Part shown: piece after piece, positions 36,809 through 47,376 of the stretch
Numbering within the stretch: the stretch's first letter is position 1
Layout of the letters: every line of letters starts with the position of its first letter
Notes under the pieces: generated by a model
Told to the model about the DNA's origin: nothing
The model's input: the letters and a program-made list of their open reading frames with translations, nothing else
Database searches by the model: none
DNA from: Myxococcales bacterium LLY-WYZ-16_1
Lineage (GTDB): Bacteria; Myxococcota; Kuafuiibacteriia; Kuafuiibacteriales; Kuafuiibacteriaceae
Length of the DNA stretch: 64,000 nucleotides
Direction: 5' to 3'
NCBI GenBank assembly: GCA_031800475.1
Contig: DAPKRQ010000152.1
Coordinates: 8,113 to 72,112 of the forward strand
Position numbers and translations under genes: made by a program

Positions 36809-37231
36809 ATGACTGGCAACATGGCTTCCGAACGACTGTTCTCGGTGGACGGCGTGGCCGACGTGGACCTCTTTCGGCCCGAAGCAGCCTTGGTGGTCCA
36901 TTGGCATTCGTTTCACGACACCCAGGGCGTGATCGAAGTGATGAAGCAGGGGCTGAACATGGTGAAGCAGCACCAGATACGGGTTTGGGTGGCCGACACG
37001 CAACGAACCCGCGGCGCCATGTCGGACGAGGCGCAGGCATTCATTGCCGAGTCCGTGTCCGAGTTCGAGGCTGCTGGCCTCGAAGCCGTGCTGACCGTGA
37101 CGCCGACCAGCGCCGTCACGTCCATGTCGAACCGGCGATGGCAGGGTCAGGTGCGAAAGGACTTCGTGATGCAGGAAGTCGGCTCGGTGGAAGAGGCCTT
37201 GGACCTGGGCCGATTGAAGGCAGCCAGCTGA
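36809..37231 (+). CDS. Hypothetical protein (140 aa)
   Basis: SD GGAAGGGGG precedes ATG 36809 (MTGNMASERLFSV...). Good GC3, no recognisable motif. It is the C-terminal part of the composite ORF 35756..37231 in the track. Confidence 0.5.
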   Translation: MTGNMASERLFSVDGVADVDLFRPEAALVVHWHSFHDTQGVIEVMKQGLNMVKQHQIRVWVADTQRTRGAMSDEAQAFIAESVSEFEAAGLEAVLTVTPTSAVTSMSNRRWQGQVRKDFVMQEVGSVEEALDLGRLKAAS

Positions 37232-37251
37232 CCGCCGCTCACATCGGGGTA

Positions 37252-37581
37252 TCAGGAAAACAGCTTCGCCCCGAAGAAGAGGGAGGCCAAGCCGGCGATC
37301 ACGGCAACCTCTGCCCCCAGACAGAGCTTGAACCATAGAGGGGTCCGCATCCGGGTGGCGAGGCCTCCGCGGTCACCCAGGTTGCCTCCCAGTTGGCTGG
37401 AGTTTCCGATCAACCGGTAGCCGACGTCGGGCCGAAAGCGGCGGGTGACGCGCCAGATTGGAAACAAGGTCCACAGGGCGAGCCCGACCCAAAAAGCGGT
37501 TCCGCCCAGGGACAGGAGCGCCGTCCCCACGCCCAGCACGAAGGAGTACGACACGAACAGCCAAACAACGAGCCCGCCCAT
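37252..37581 (-). CDS. Small membrane protein (3 predicted TM helices), hypothetical
   Basis: 109 aa, hydrophobic segments (LVVWLFVSYSFVLGVGTALLSLGG, FWVGLALWTLFPIW, AEVAVIAGLASLFFGA), high GC3. Confidence 0.5.
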   Translation of the reverse strand: MGGLVVWLFVSYSFVLGVGTALLSLGGTAFWVGLALWTLFPIWRVTRRFRPDVGYRLIGNSSQLGGNLGDRGGLATRMRTPLWFKLCLGAEVAVIAGLASLFFGAKLFS

Positions 37582-37773
37582 GCCACCAGGCTAACACGAA
37601 GTCCGAAAAACCGCTGCCGGACCCGTCTGCGGTCGGGCGCGGGGCGGGCATCGATGGACCGGCGTCGCGTGACCGGGCTCGACCGAGTCCGCGCGACGGC
37701 CCGGCGGGCCGACAGCTCCACGACGCAGCGGCTTGGGTGACCGGCGGCCTAGAGGCACCACACGAACCCCGCA

Positions 37774-39081
37774 TCAGGCCATGTTCTCGATCAAGAGGTC
37801 GGCGAACTCGGAAGTCTTCACCTTGGTGGCCCCCTCCATCTGACGGTGGAAGTCGTAGGTGACGGTCTTGTTGCCGATGGTGCGGTCGAGTCCGGCCACG
37901 ATCAGGTCGGCCGCTTCGTGCCAGCCCAGGTGCCGGAGCATCAACTCGCCGGACAAGATCACCGATCCCGGGTTCACCACGTCCTTGTTCGCGTACTTCG
38001 GGGCGGTTCCGTGGGTCGCTTCGAAAATGGCATGACCGGTCTCGTAATTGATGTTGCCTCCGGGGGCGATTCCGATGCCCCCGACTTGGGCGGCCAGGGC
38101 GTCGGACAGGTAGTCTCCGTTCAAATTCGGGGTCGCGATGACGTCGAACTCGGTGGGTCGGGTGAGCACCTGCTGGAGCGTGATGTCCGCGATCGAGTCC
38201 TTGACGATCAGCTTGTGGGCCTTCTTCGCCTCATCGAGCTCGGCGTTGGCCGCTTCGACCCCGCGGGACTCGGCGGTGCGCTGCCACTGGGACTTGCCCA
38301 TGGTGCCCCACCCATACGTCTGGTCCGCAAACTCCCGTTCGGCGAGCTCGTACCCCCACTGCAAGAACGCCCCCTCGGTAAACTTCATGATGTTGCCCTT
38401 GTGGACCAATGTGACGCTCTTTCGACCGCGGTCGAGTGCATATCGAATCGCTGCGCGAACCAGCCGCTCGGTCCCTTCACGAGAAACCGGCTTGATGCCG
38501 ATCCCGGAGGACTCCGGAAATCGAATTTTCGCGGCTTCCTCCGGAAACTGCTCCTGGAAGATCCTCATGAACCGCTTCAGCTCCGGGGTTCCCTCCTGAA
38601 ACTCGATGCCCGCGTAGATGTCTTCGGTGTTCTCTCGAAAGATCACCATGTCCACGTCCATGGGTCGCTGCACGGGGCTGGGCACGTTTTGGAACCACCG
38701 GACCGGACGCAGGCAGGTGTACAGGTCCAACAGCTGCCGCAGGGCCACGTTCAAAGAACGAATGCCACCCCCCACCGGCGTGGTGAGCGGCCCCTTGATG
38801 CCGACCCGATAGTTGCGAAACGCCTCGACCGTCCGGTCCGGCAGCCATTCGCCGAATGCATCGAAGGCCTTTTGGCCCGCGAATACCTCGAACCACGCGA
38901 TGGCCTTTCTTCCCCCGTAGGCCTTTTCGACCGCAGCGTCGAACACCCTTTGCGAGGCGCGCCAGATATCGGGCCCCGTGCCATCCCCCTCGATGAACGG
39001 AACGATCGGTCGGTCGCCGGGCTCGACCTGGTCTCCGTGGAGTTGGATGGTATCGCCGGACGGGGCTTCGAAATCGGCCAT
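37774..39081 (-). CDS. icd: Isocitrate dehydrogenase (NADP-dependent, homodimeric type)
   Basis: 435 aa. Motifs across the whole length: [31 protein letters not shown], and [26 protein letters not shown] signature. Confidence 0.97.
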   Translation of the reverse strand: MADFEAPSGDTIQLHGDQVEPGDRPIVPFIEGDGTGPDIWRASQRVFDAAVEKAYGGRKAIAWFEVFAGQKAFDAFGEWLPDRTVEAFRNYRVGIKGPLTTPVGGGIRSLNVALRQLLDLYTCLRPVRWFQNVPSPVQRPMDVDMVIFRENTEDIYAGIEFQEGTPELKRFMRIFQEQFPEEAAKIRFPESSGIGIKPVSREGTERLVRAAIRYALDRGRKSVTLVHKGNIMKFTEGAFLQWGYELAEREFADQTYGWGTMGKSQWQRTAESRGVEAANAELDEAKKAHKLIVKDSIADITLQQVLTRPTEFDVIATPNLNGDYLSDALAAQVGGIGIAPGGNINYETGHAIFEATHGTAPKYANKDVVNPGSVILSGELMLRHLGWHEAADLIVAGLDRTIGNKTVTYDFHRQMEGATKVKTSEFADLLIENMA

Positions 39082-39198
39082 GAAAGCGGCGTAGCGGAAA
39101 GGTGGGTCGGCCGTCCACCCGGGCCCGGCGGACGCCGGGCCGTCGCTGGATTCGGGACCGGTGGCCTGGACCCCACGGCCGTGCTAGGGCCATCCGCG

Positions 39199-40440
39199 AT
39201 GCGGATCTTGGCGATGATTCTGGCCGGAGGAGAGGGGAAACGGTTGTGGCCCCTGACCGACGAGCGAGCCAAGCCGGCCGTCCCCTTCGGAGGCCGCTAT
39301 CGCATCATCGACTTCGTTCTGTCGAACTTCGTGAACTCGGGCATCCACCGGATCAAGGTGGTGACCCAGTACAAATCGGACAGCCTACTGAAGCACTTGT
39401 TCCGTACCTGGAACCGGTTTGCCGGCTTCGGCGGTTTCGTGGAGCCCGTCCCGCCCCAGCAGAATCTTTCGAAAGACTGGTACTCCGGCAGCGTGGACGC
39501 CATCTTTCAAAACCTCAACATCATCGACGATGAACATCCCGACCTCGTTGCGGTGTTCGGGGGTGATCACGTCTACAAGATGGACGTTCGGCAGATGGTC
39601 GACTTTCATCTCGAAAAGGGCGCGGCAGCCACGGTGGCCGCGATTCCGGTGCCCCGCGATCGAGCCAAGCGGTTCGGTTGCATCGCCACGGATGAGTCGA
39701 ATCGGATGATCGGCTTCGTAGAAAAGCCCGACGATCCTCCCGAGATGCCGAACCGCCCCGGCTGGTCCCTCGCTTCGATGGGCAACTACCTGTTCGACCC
39801 GGAGGTACTGACGCGGGAGTGCCGATCAGACGCCGAGCGTCCCGGTAGCAAGCACGACTTCGGCGGAGACCTGCTCCCGAACCTTTACCAGAGAGAACCG
39901 GTCTACGTGTACGATTTTCAGACGAATACCGTCCCCGGAGAATCCGAAGCTGCGCGGGGCTACTGGGTCGACATCGGAACCATCGAAGCCTACTACGAGG
40001 CCTCGATGGACCTGGTTTCGGTGTCGCCATCCTTCAACCTCTACAACCGCTCCTGGAAGATCAAAACATTCGAAAGCGCCGAGCCTCCCGCGAAATTCGT
40101 ATTCGCCGATCAGGAACGAAAGCGCATCGGCATCGCCACCGATTCCATGGTGTGCGAAGGCTGCATCATCTCCGGAGGCCACTTGGAGCGAAGCCTCTTG
40201 AGCCACCGGGTCCGGATCAATTCGTTCGCCCACGTGAGCGAGTCGGTTCTGTTCGAGGGAGTGAACGTTGGGCGACACTGTCGGATTCGGCGGGCGATCA
40301 TCGACAAAGGAATTGACATTCCGGAAGGTACGACCATCGGCTATGACGAAGACGAAGATCGCAGGCGGTTCTTCGTCTCGGACGATGGGGTCGTGGTCGT
40401 TCCGAAGAAGGGTATCCTGAGCGACCGCGGCCGTTCCTGA
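39199..40440 (+). CDS. glgC: Glucose-1-phosphate adenylyltransferase
   Basis: [14 protein letters not shown] nucleotide-binding loop, [14 protein letters not shown], and a C-terminal left-handed beta-helix. The ATG at 39199 is the biological start; the track ORF from 37846 is an artefact. Confidence 0.95.
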   Translation: MRILAMILAGGEGKRLWPLTDERAKPAVPFGGRYRIIDFVLSNFVNSGIHRIKVVTQYKSDSLLKHLFRTWNRFAGFGGFVEPVPPQQNLSKDWYSGSVDAIFQNLNIIDDEHPDLVAVFGGDHVYKMDVRQMVDFHLEKGAAATVAAIPVPRDRAKRFGCIATDESNRMIGFVEKPDDPPEMPNRPGWSLASMGNYLFDPEVLTRECRSDAERPGSKHDFGGDLLPNLYQREPVYVYDFQTNTVPGESEAARGYWVDIGTIEAYYEASMDLVSVSPSFNLYNRSWKIKTFESAEPPAKFVFADQERKRIGIATDSMVCEGCIISGGHLERSLLSHRVRINSFAHVSESVLFEGVNVGRHCRIRRAIIDKGIDIPEGTTIGYDEDEDRRRFFVSDDGVVVVPKKGILSDRGRS

Positions 40441-40507
40441 CGCCGCCTGCTCGCACTTTTCGAAGCTTCATGTTCGAGCCGACCTGGCGGAAGGGACCGA
40501 GACGGGC

Positions 40508-42268
40508 ATGAACCTGTCGGCGGTGATCACGGCCCTGGCGCTGGCGGGTGTCCTGGGCGGTCTCGTCTTCTTTCGGCTGCCCGCCTACGTGCCCTTGCTC
40601 CTGGCGCTGCTCGCCCTGATGCTGACCGGCATCCTGGAGCCCGCCGAGGCTTTGGCCGGATTCGGAAATCCCGGCCTGGTGACGGTCGGTGCCCTGTTCG
40701 TGGTGGCGGCAGCCCTGCGGGAGACCGGCGTCGTGACGCGCCTGGTACAGCCGTGGCTCGGTCGCCCCCGCACGGCCCGGGCGGCGCTGCTCCGGCTGGT
40801 CCCGCCGGTCACGGTGCTGAGCGCGTTCGTCAACAACACGCCGGTGGTGGCGGTCCTGCTGCCGGTGGTCGGGGACTGGTCCCGCCGGATCCGGGTTCCG
40901 GCTTCACAGCTGTTGATGCCCCTGTCCTACGCGGCGATCCTGGGGGGCCTGTGCACCCTGGTCGGTACCAGCACGAACTTGGTGGTGCAGGGGGTGTTGC
41001 TGTCTTCGGGCCGCGAGGGACTCGGCGTGTTCGAAGTCGCCACGGTGGGCATTCCCGTCGCTGCGGCCGGGACCCTCACCCTGCTCGCCTTGGCGCCCCG
41101 GCTTCTTCCGGCCCACGACGATGGCCTGCGGGCCCTGTTGGACCCCCGAGAATACACCTTGGAGATGATCGTCGATCCATCGGGCCCCTTCGTGGGACGC
41201 ACCATCGAAGAGGCCGGGCTGCGGCACCTTCCCGGCGTGTTCTTGGCAGAACTCCACCGCGGCCGGCAGGTGCGCCCCGCGGTCTCTCCAGACGAACGAC
41301 TGGAGGCGGGCGATCAGCTGGTGTTCGTTGGCCAGATCCAGGCGGTGGTCGACCTGCGGCGCACCCCGGGGCTCCTTCCGGCCGACGAGCCCCGATTCGA
41401 GCTGCGCCAGCGCGACAACCGAATCTTCGTGGAAGCGGTGGTTTCTGGCCTCTGCCCGGTGGTCGGACGCACCGTGCGGGAAGGACGGTTTCGGACGCAC
41501 TACGGCGCCGCGGTGCTCGGGGTCGCCCGGCAGGGTGAGCGGATCCAAGCCCGGATCGGCGACATCCGACTGAAGGGCGGCGACACCCTTCTGCTCGAAG
41601 CGCCGCGGGACTTTCTGGAACGGCATCGCCACTCGAACGAATTTCACCTGGTCAGCCGTCTGGAGGACGAGGAACCTCCGCGCCACGATCGGGCAGGCTG
41701 GGCCCTGGCCTTGTTCGTCGGAATGTTCGGTCTGGTCCTGCTCGGCGTCCCGCTGTCGGTGGCGGCGCTGAGCGGAGCCTTGGCCATGATCCTGTCTGGC
41801 TGCCTGTCCGAAGAGAACGCCCGCAAGCGGGTGGACTGGCCGCTGCTTTTGACCATCGGCGCTTCCTTGGGGCTCGGTCGGGCCCTGAGCCGGTCTGGGC
41901 TGGCGGATGCGGCGGCCGGCGGCATGCTCGTGCTGGCCCAAGACAGCCGCCTGGGAGCCTTGATCGTCCTATACGCCGGAGCCACGGCCCTGTCCCAACT
42001 CGTGAGCAACGCGGGGGCCGCGGTGGTGGCGGTGCCGGTGGCTCTGTCGGTGGCGGAGCGCCTGGGGGTGGCCGAGCGTCCCTTCGTCCTGGCCGCCCTG
42101 GTTGCGTCCTCGGCCGCGTTCCTGACGCCCCTGGGGTACCAGACCAACCTGATGGTCTTCGGGGCCGGGGGCTATCGGATGGCCGACTTCTTGCGGCTCG
42201 GCCTCCCCCTGACTGCCATCTGCGGCACGGTGGCCGTGACCGTGCTGTGGGCCTGGGCCGGAGGCTGA
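40508..42268 (+). CDS. SLC13/DASS-family anion permease with two central TrkA-C domains
   Basis: Two hydrophobic transporter halves flank a cytoplasmic region with duplicated TrkA_C-like segments (EMIVDPSGPFVGRTIEEAGL ... ; VEAVVSGLCPVVGRTVREG ...); 586 aa. Confidence 0.8.
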   Translation: MNLSAVITALALAGVLGGLVFFRLPAYVPLLLALLALMLTGILEPAEALAGFGNPGLVTVGALFVVAAALRETGVVTRLVQPWLGRPRTARAALLRLVPPVTVLSAFVNNTPVVAVLLPVVGDWSRRIRVPASQLLMPLSYAAILGGLCTLVGTSTNLVVQGVLLSSGREGLGVFEVATVGIPVAAAGTLTLLALAPRLLPAHDDGLRALLDPREYTLEMIVDPSGPFVGRTIEEAGLRHLPGVFLAELHRGRQVRPAVSPDERLEAGDQLVFVGQIQAVVDLRRTPGLLPADEPRFELRQRDNRIFVEAVVSGLCPVVGRTVREGRFRTHYGAAVLGVARQGERIQARIGDIRLKGGDTLLLEAPRDFLERHRHSNEFHLVSRLEDEEPPRHDRAGWALALFVGMFGLVLLGVPLSVAALSGALAMILSGCLSEENARKRVDWPLLLTIGASLGLGRALSRSGLADAAAGGMLVLAQDSRLGALIVLYAGATALSQLVSNAGAAVVAVPVALSVAERLGVAERPFVLAALVASSAAFLTPLGYQTNLMVFGAGGYRMADFLRLGLPLTAICGTVAVTVLWAWAGG

Positions 42269-42361
42269 TGCCCCGCCGGCCCCGGTGGGGACGGGCGAAC
42301 CGGGGGCCGAGGCGGCCAGGGGACCTTGCCTCGATGGCGGCGGAGCCCCACGGTGATTCGG

Positions 42362-42937
42362 ATGCGCGGTCTCGGTCTCGGTCTGGTCCTCTCGGGCTTG
42401 CTCGCCTGCGGCAACGAAGCCCCCCAGCTCGGGGGCGAAGCCGATCCCGCCGCCGACGGGGGCGCCGAGCCCGACCTCGGCGCCGACGCCGAAGCGGACC
42501 TGGGTGCCGAAACCGGTCCCGACGGCGCCGTGTTGGACGCCCGAGCCCCCTGCCAGGTCGAAGACTGCGAAGGCGAGGCGATCCAGATCCCGCGCGGCCC
42601 GTCCATCGAGCTGCCGCCATGCTGTCTCGAGGCCCCTGCCTCGGGCTGCGGCTACGATCTGTCGGAGGTCGACTTCGCGGAGTTTTTGGGCCGGGATCCC
42701 GGGGTGCCCGAAGGCGCATGCATACCCCAACGCTTCGAGGGGGAGCTGGACCCCAGCTGCCCCGAGCAAGAGGTCGAGTTGGGCCCGGTCCAGGCCCAAC
42801 TGCGGGGCTGCTGCCGGCCGGACGGCACCTGCGGAGTGAACCTGGACCTATCGTTGTTGGGCGGCCCCCGTTTCGGCTGCATTCCCACCCGCACCGGCAC
42901 CGACACCTCGACCCGTTGCGGCGACTCGGGCGGCTGA
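42362..42937 (+). CDS. Cys-rich secreted lipoprotein, hypothetical
   Basis: Lipobox LSGLLACG. Acidic GA-rich linker then about 12 Cys in paired motifs (CQVEDCEG, PPCCLE, GCCRPDGTCG, RCGDSGG). An upstream start at 42326 is possible. Confidence 0.55.
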   Translation: MRGLGLGLVLSGLLACGNEAPQLGGEADPAADGGAEPDLGADAEADLGAETGPDGAVLDARAPCQVEDCEGEAIQIPRGPSIELPPCCLEAPASGCGYDLSEVDFAEFLGRDPGVPEGACIPQRFEGELDPSCPEQEVELGPVQAQLRGCCRPDGTCGVNLDLSLLGGPRFGCIPTRTGTDTSTRCGDSGG

Positions 42938-43078
42938 CGGCCCATCCCGCCTCGGCTCAACCCTCACCATGTTTCCACCTATTTCCTCGGATGCCCGTGT
43001 GATTCCGGGAACCTGGATAGGCCGGCGCGCAGCGTCGGCCCCTGCATTCGGTGCCCCGACAGACCGCTACCCCTTGTG

Positions 43079-43105
43079 TTGACAGGGCCCGAAGGCCCCT
43101 ATATC
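43079..43105 (+). promoter_or_regulatory. Putative sigma-70-type promoter for nrdA (TTGACA - 15 nt - TATATC) with palindrome GGGCCCGAAGGCCC in the spacer
   Basis: Perfect -35 hexamer; the -10 match is 4/6 at a 15-nt spacer. It is followed by a 5'-UTR inverted repeat GGTATGG-N15-CCATACC and then the SD GGGAGGG. Confidence 0.4.
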
Positions 43106-43148
43106 TGGGTATGGTCTCAGCTTCAGAGCCATACCGGGAGGGAACTTC

Positions 43149-45581
43149 GTGAGCAGCCTGCACAACGGGACCGAGCCATTCGACAGCCGCCAGCCGACCA
43201 CCCAGCGACGCCCCATCACCCAGCCGCCGCGGCGGGTGGGGCCCGTGGAAGCCCCCACGGCGATGCGGGTGCGCAAGCGCAACGGGGCGTTCGAACTGGC
43301 GGACGTGAACAAGATCGTGAAGGCCGTCGGCCGCTGTTGCAGCGGGCTGCCGAACGTGGATGCCAACCGGGTCGCCATCAAGACCATCGGAGGTCTGTAC
43401 GATGGGGCCACCACCCGTGAACTGGATCAGCTCTCGATCCAGACCGCGGCGGCGTTCATCGCCGAAGAGCCCGAGTACTCGAAGCTGGCCGCCCGCCTGC
43501 TCGCGACCTTCGTCGACAAGGAAGTGAAGGGACAGGACATCCAGTCCTTTTCCCAGTCCGTGAAGCTCGGCCACCAGGTCGAACTCGTGAACGATCGCCT
43601 GCTCGAATTCGTGGAGCGCAACAAGCGCAAGCTCGATCAGGCGGTGCAGCCCAGCCGCAATCAGCTCTTCGAATACTTCGGGCTTCGCACGGTCTACGAC
43701 CGCTACCTGCTGCGGCACCCGCAAAAGCGCGAGGTGATCGAGACCCCGCAGTACTTCTTCTTGCGGGTGGCCTGCGCCCTGGCAGAGAGCGTGCAAGACG
43801 CCATCGAAATGTATCGGATGTTTTCGTCCCTCGAATACCTTCCGAGCTCGCCCACGTTGTTCAACTCGGGCACACGCCACGAGCAGCTGTCTTCGTGCTT
43901 CTTGCTCGACTCGCCAGAGGACGACCTGGGCGAAATCTACAAACGCTACGGCGACGTGGCTCAGCTATCCAAGTTTTCGGGCGGCATCGGCCTGGCCTAC
44001 AGCCGCATTCGGTCCAAGGGGTCGTTGATCAAGAGCACCAATGGTCACTCCAACGGGATCGTTCCGTGGCTCAAGACCCTGGATGCTTCGGTCGCCGCCG
44101 TGAACCAGGGCGGCAAGCGCAAGGGGGCTTGCTGCGTGTACCTCGAGCCCTGGCACGCCGATATCGAAGACTTCTTGGAGTTGCGGGACAACGTCGGCGA
44201 CGAGGCCCGCCGGGCCCACAACCTGAACCTGGCCAACTGGGTCTGCGACCTGTTCATGAAGCGGGTCGAACAAAACCAGAGCTGGAGCCTGTTCGATCCC
44301 CGCAAGGTGCCGCAGCTCGTGGACCTGTACGGAGAGGAATTCGAAAAAGCCTACGAGGAGGCCGAAGCCGCCGGGCTCGCCGAGAAGACCATGCCGGCCC
44401 GGGAGCTGTACTCTCGCATGATGAAGACCTTGGCCCAGACCGGCAACGGTTGGATGACGTTCAAGGACAAGTCGAACGTCGCGTGCAACCAGACCGCCCT
44501 CCCCGGCCGCACGGTTCATTTGTCGAACCTGTGCACCGAGATCATCGAGGTGACCTCTCGAGACGAGACGGCGGTGTGCAACCTGGGCTCAATCAACCTG
44601 GCCCGTCACGTGGTGGACGGCGAGGTCGACTTCGATCACCTGAGCCGCACCGTTCAGACTGCCGTGCGGCAGCTCGACCGGGTGATCGACCTGAACTTCT
44701 ATCCGATTCCCAGCACCGCGAAATCCAACTCGAAGTGGCGGCCGGTCGGGCTCGGCATGATGGGCCTGCAGGACGTCTTCTTCTTGATGGGCATTCCGTT
44801 CGATTCGGAAGAAGCAAAAGCCACGTCTCGACGGATCGCCGAGGAGATCTACTTCTCCGCCCTGAGTGCGAGTCTCGAGTTGGCCAAGGAACGGGGTGCT
44901 CATCCCGGCTTTCCGGAGACTCGGGCTGCCCAGGGCCAGCTTCAGTTCGATTTCTGGGAAACCAAGCCCGAACGACGGGAGCGATGGGAGAATCTGCGAA
45001 AGGAAATTCGCGACCACGGCCTGCGAAATTCGTTGCTCATCGCCATCGCACCGACGGCGACCATCGCCTCGATCGCAGGATGCTACGAGTGCATCGAGCC
45101 CCAGGTTTCGAACCTGTTCAAGCGGGAGACCCTGTCCGGCGAGTTCCTGCAGATCAACCGCTACCTGGTCCAGGAGCTCAAGCGGCTGGGCCTGTGGACC
45201 GAAGACATGCGCACCCAGATCAAGATGGCCGAGGGCTCGGTGCAAGGCATCGAAGAAATCCCCGCGGAGCTGCGGCATGTGTACAGAACTGCCTGGGAGA
45301 TCCCGATGAAGTCGCTGATCGACATGGCTGCGGAACGGGGCGCGTTCATCGACCAGAGCCAGAGCCTGAACCTGTTCATGGAGAGCCCCGCCATGGGACC
45401 ACTTTCGTCCATGTACTTTTACGCCTGGAAGCGGGGTATCAAGACCACCTACTACCTGCGCTCCCGCCCGGCCACGCAGATCGCCAAGACCACCGTGTCG
45501 GGCACGGCCAAGGCCCGGAGCGACGCGGACGCAGTGACTTGTTCGCTCGAAAACCCCGAAACCTGTGAGGCCTGCCAGTAG
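43149..45581 (+). CDS. nrdA: Ribonucleoside-diphosphate reductase alpha subunit (class I)
   Basis: ATP-cone (RVRKRNGAFELADVNKIVKAV), catalytic-site regions (NLCTEI with active Cys, SNLC, PTATIASIAGC ... YYL) and C-terminal CxxC tail (TCSLENPETCEAC). GTG start with a strong SD. Confidence 0.95.
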   Translation: MSSLHNGTEPFDSRQPTTQRRPITQPPRRVGPVEAPTAMRVRKRNGAFELADVNKIVKAVGRCCSGLPNVDANRVAIKTIGGLYDGATTRELDQLSIQTAAAFIAEEPEYSKLAARLLATFVDKEVKGQDIQSFSQSVKLGHQVELVNDRLLEFVERNKRKLDQAVQPSRNQLFEYFGLRTVYDRYLLRHPQKREVIETPQYFFLRVACALAESVQDAIEMYRMFSSLEYLPSSPTLFNSGTRHEQLSSCFLLDSPEDDLGEIYKRYGDVAQLSKFSGGIGLAYSRIRSKGSLIKSTNGHSNGIVPWLKTLDASVAAVNQGGKRKGACCVYLEPWHADIEDFLELRDNVGDEARRAHNLNLANWVCDLFMKRVEQNQSWSLFDPRKVPQLVDLYGEEFEKAYEEAEAAGLAEKTMPARELYSRMMKTLAQTGNGWMTFKDKSNVACNQTALPGRTVHLSNLCTEIIEVTSRDETAVCNLGSINLARHVVDGEVDFDHLSRTVQTAVRQLDRVIDLNFYPIPSTAKSNSKWRPVGLGMMGLQDVFFLMGIPFDSEEAKATSRRIAEEIYFSALSASLELAKERGAHPGFPETRAAQGQLQFDFWETKPERRERWENLRKEIRDHGLRNSLLIAIAPTATIASIAGCYECIEPQVSNLFKRETLSGEFLQINRYLVQELKRLGLWTEDMRTQIKMAEGSVQGIEEIPAELRHVYRTAWEIPMKSLIDMAAERGAFIDQSQSLNLFMESPAMGPLSSMYFYAWKRGIKTTYYLRSRPATQIAKTTVSGTAKARSDADAVTCSLENPETCEACQ

Positions 45582-45612
45582 ACGGGCCGACTCCCTCGCG
45601 AGCCTCAACCCG

Positions 45613-45647
45613 AACCCAGCCGGCGTCGTTCGGCTGGGTTCTTTTTA
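45613..45647 (+). terminator. Intercistronic hairpin plus T-tract between nrdA and nrdB (AACCCAGCCG - 8 nt - CGGCTGGGTT CTTTTT)
   Basis: Perfect 10-bp stem followed by CTTTTTA, 30 nt after the nrdA stop and 25 nt before the nrdB SD (AGGAGAG). Confidence 0.6.
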
Positions 45648-45669
45648 CTCGATTCACTCAGGAGAGATC

Positions 45670-46668
45670 ATGCTGCTCGACCCCGGAATGAACCTGACCC
45701 TGCGCCCAATGCGGTACCCCAAGTTCTATGAAATGTATCGCAATGGGATCAAGAACACCTGGACGGTGGAAGAAGTCGACTTCTCCCTGGACCTGGTGGA
45801 TCTGCGCGAAAAGATGACGCCGGGCGAACGTCACCTGATCCATCGACTGGTGGCCTTCTTCGCCACCGGCGATTCGATCGTGGCGAACAACCTGGTGCTG
45901 AACCTCTACGAACACATCAACGCACCCGAGGCGCGCATGTACCTATCTCGGCAGCTCTTCGAAGAAGCGCTGCACGTACAGTTCTACCTGACGCTGCTCG
46001 ACACCTACGTGCCCGATCCGGCCGAGCGCGAAAAAGCATTCGCCGCCATCGAGAACATTCCATCGATCCGCGACAAGGCCGCTTTCTGCCAAAAATGGAT
46101 CGACGCGGTGCAGGACCTCGGTCCGCTCCACACCCGCGAAAAGCGCCGGCAGTTCTTGCTGAACCTGATCTGCTTCGCGTCCTGCATCGAAGGCTTGTTC
46201 TTTTTCGCGGCATTCGCGTACGTCTACCACCTTCGAAACAAAGGCTTGCTTCACGGACTGGCGTCCGGAACCAACTGGGTGTTCCGGGACGAAAGCGCCC
46301 ACATGGCCTTTGCATTCGAAGTCGTAAACACGGTCCGCCGAGAAGAGCCCGAGCTGTTCGACGACGACCTGGAAGCCCAGATCCATCAGATGCTCGAAGA
46401 GGCCATCGCCTGCGAGGTGCAGTTCGCCGACGACGTGTTGAGCGGCGGTGTGGCGGGGATCAGCGTGACCGAGATGCGGACCTATCTCGAGTACATCGCC
46501 GATCAACGGCTGACCATGCTCGGATTGGCTCCGCGGTATCACTCCAAGAACCCGTTCACCTTCATGGAGCTGCAGGACGTTCAGGAGCTGGCGAACTTCT
46601 TCGAGCGGCGTGTCTCCGCCTACCAGGTCGGCTTCTCGGGCGAGTTCAGCCTGGAAGCCACGTTCTGA
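45670..46668 (+). CDS. nrdB: Ribonucleoside-diphosphate reductase beta subunit (class Ia)
   Basis: Di-iron ligand helices (EEALHVQFY, ASCIEGLFFFAAF, RDESAHMAF) and radical-tyrosine region. The ATG at 45670 has an SD; the track start at 45565 is an artefact. Confidence 0.95.
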   Translation: MLLDPGMNLTLRPMRYPKFYEMYRNGIKNTWTVEEVDFSLDLVDLREKMTPGERHLIHRLVAFFATGDSIVANNLVLNLYEHINAPEARMYLSRQLFEEALHVQFYLTLLDTYVPDPAEREKAFAAIENIPSIRDKAAFCQKWIDAVQDLGPLHTREKRRQFLLNLICFASCIEGLFFFAAFAYVYHLRNKGLLHGLASGTNWVFRDESAHMAFAFEVVNTVRREEPELFDDDLEAQIHQMLEEAIACEVQFADDVLSGGVAGISVTEMRTYLEYIADQRLTMLGLAPRYHSKNPFTFMELQDVQELANFFERRVSAYQVGFSGEFSLEATF

Positions 46669-46672
46669 AGCA

Positions 46673-47230
46673 TCACGGGGTGGTGCGCTGGCCCTGGCGC
46701 AAGGTCGCGCAGCCGACGAGCCCATGGGCGTCCGACAGCGAAGGCCTGGCGCTTCCATCCTCCCGCAACATCACCGCCATACCCCGAGGCCCCGGCGAGT
46801 CGACCTGCATGGCGAGCTCGTGGCTGGACTTCGTACGGTCGGAAACGACGATCCGACCCAGTTCGACCGGCTCGAAGGGCAGAGCTTCGGGTGTACTGCC
46901 CGATCGTTCTCGGGGGTCCACCTTGCCGGTGCGCAAGGTGTCGAGCTTTGGTTCCGCGGGGCACCGGGGTCCGCGCAGGACCCGGTAGGACCCGGGCGGC
47001 AGGCCGAGCACCCGCAGGCGCAGCTGCTCCCCGTCCCAATGAGCGACGCCCGCAACACGACTTGCGCCCAAAGCGGTGATCGCACCCCTCCATCCACCCT
47101 TACCGGCCCGGCGCCCATCGAATTCGGGTCGGGCGACCTCGGCCGCGGGCATCTGCGGGGGAGGCCTCATGTCCGGCTGGGGAATGCTCGGGAGCAAGAC
47201 GCTCCAAATCCAAAATGCGGTCGGTTCCAT
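46673..47230 (-). CDS. Hypothetical protein
   Basis: Minus frame has GC3 about 90% versus lower for the + frames over the same region (hand count). Start is placed at MEPTAFW; upstream in-frame ATGs reach 47446 but would collide with the divergent gene at 47377. Confidence 0.45.
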   Translation of the reverse strand: MEPTAFWIWSVLLPSIPQPDMRPPPQMPAAEVARPEFDGRRAGKGGWRGAITALGASRVAGVAHWDGEQLRLRVLGLPPGSYRVLRGPRCPAEPKLDTLRTGKVDPRERSGSTPEALPFEPVELGRIVVSDRTKSSHELAMQVDSPGPRGMAVMLREDGSARPSLSDAHGLVGCATLRQGQRTTP

Positions 47231-47376
47231 GGCCCCACGGTCTGCAACCCTGATGCCAACCGAAAGGATCCGTACGGACCCGAATGCCTCGACCCGGCCG
47301 CCGACCACCGCGGTCCGGCTGGCGGGACCTGCTTCGCGGAAGCAGGTCGCGTTGACGGCGATCGCCGGCATGCTCT

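Noticed and set aside
43090-43110. NrdR box upstream of nrdA
   Set aside because: The best candidate, CCCTATATCTGGGT, matches the NrdR consensus at only about 9 of 14 positions and is not duplicated, so it is not called.
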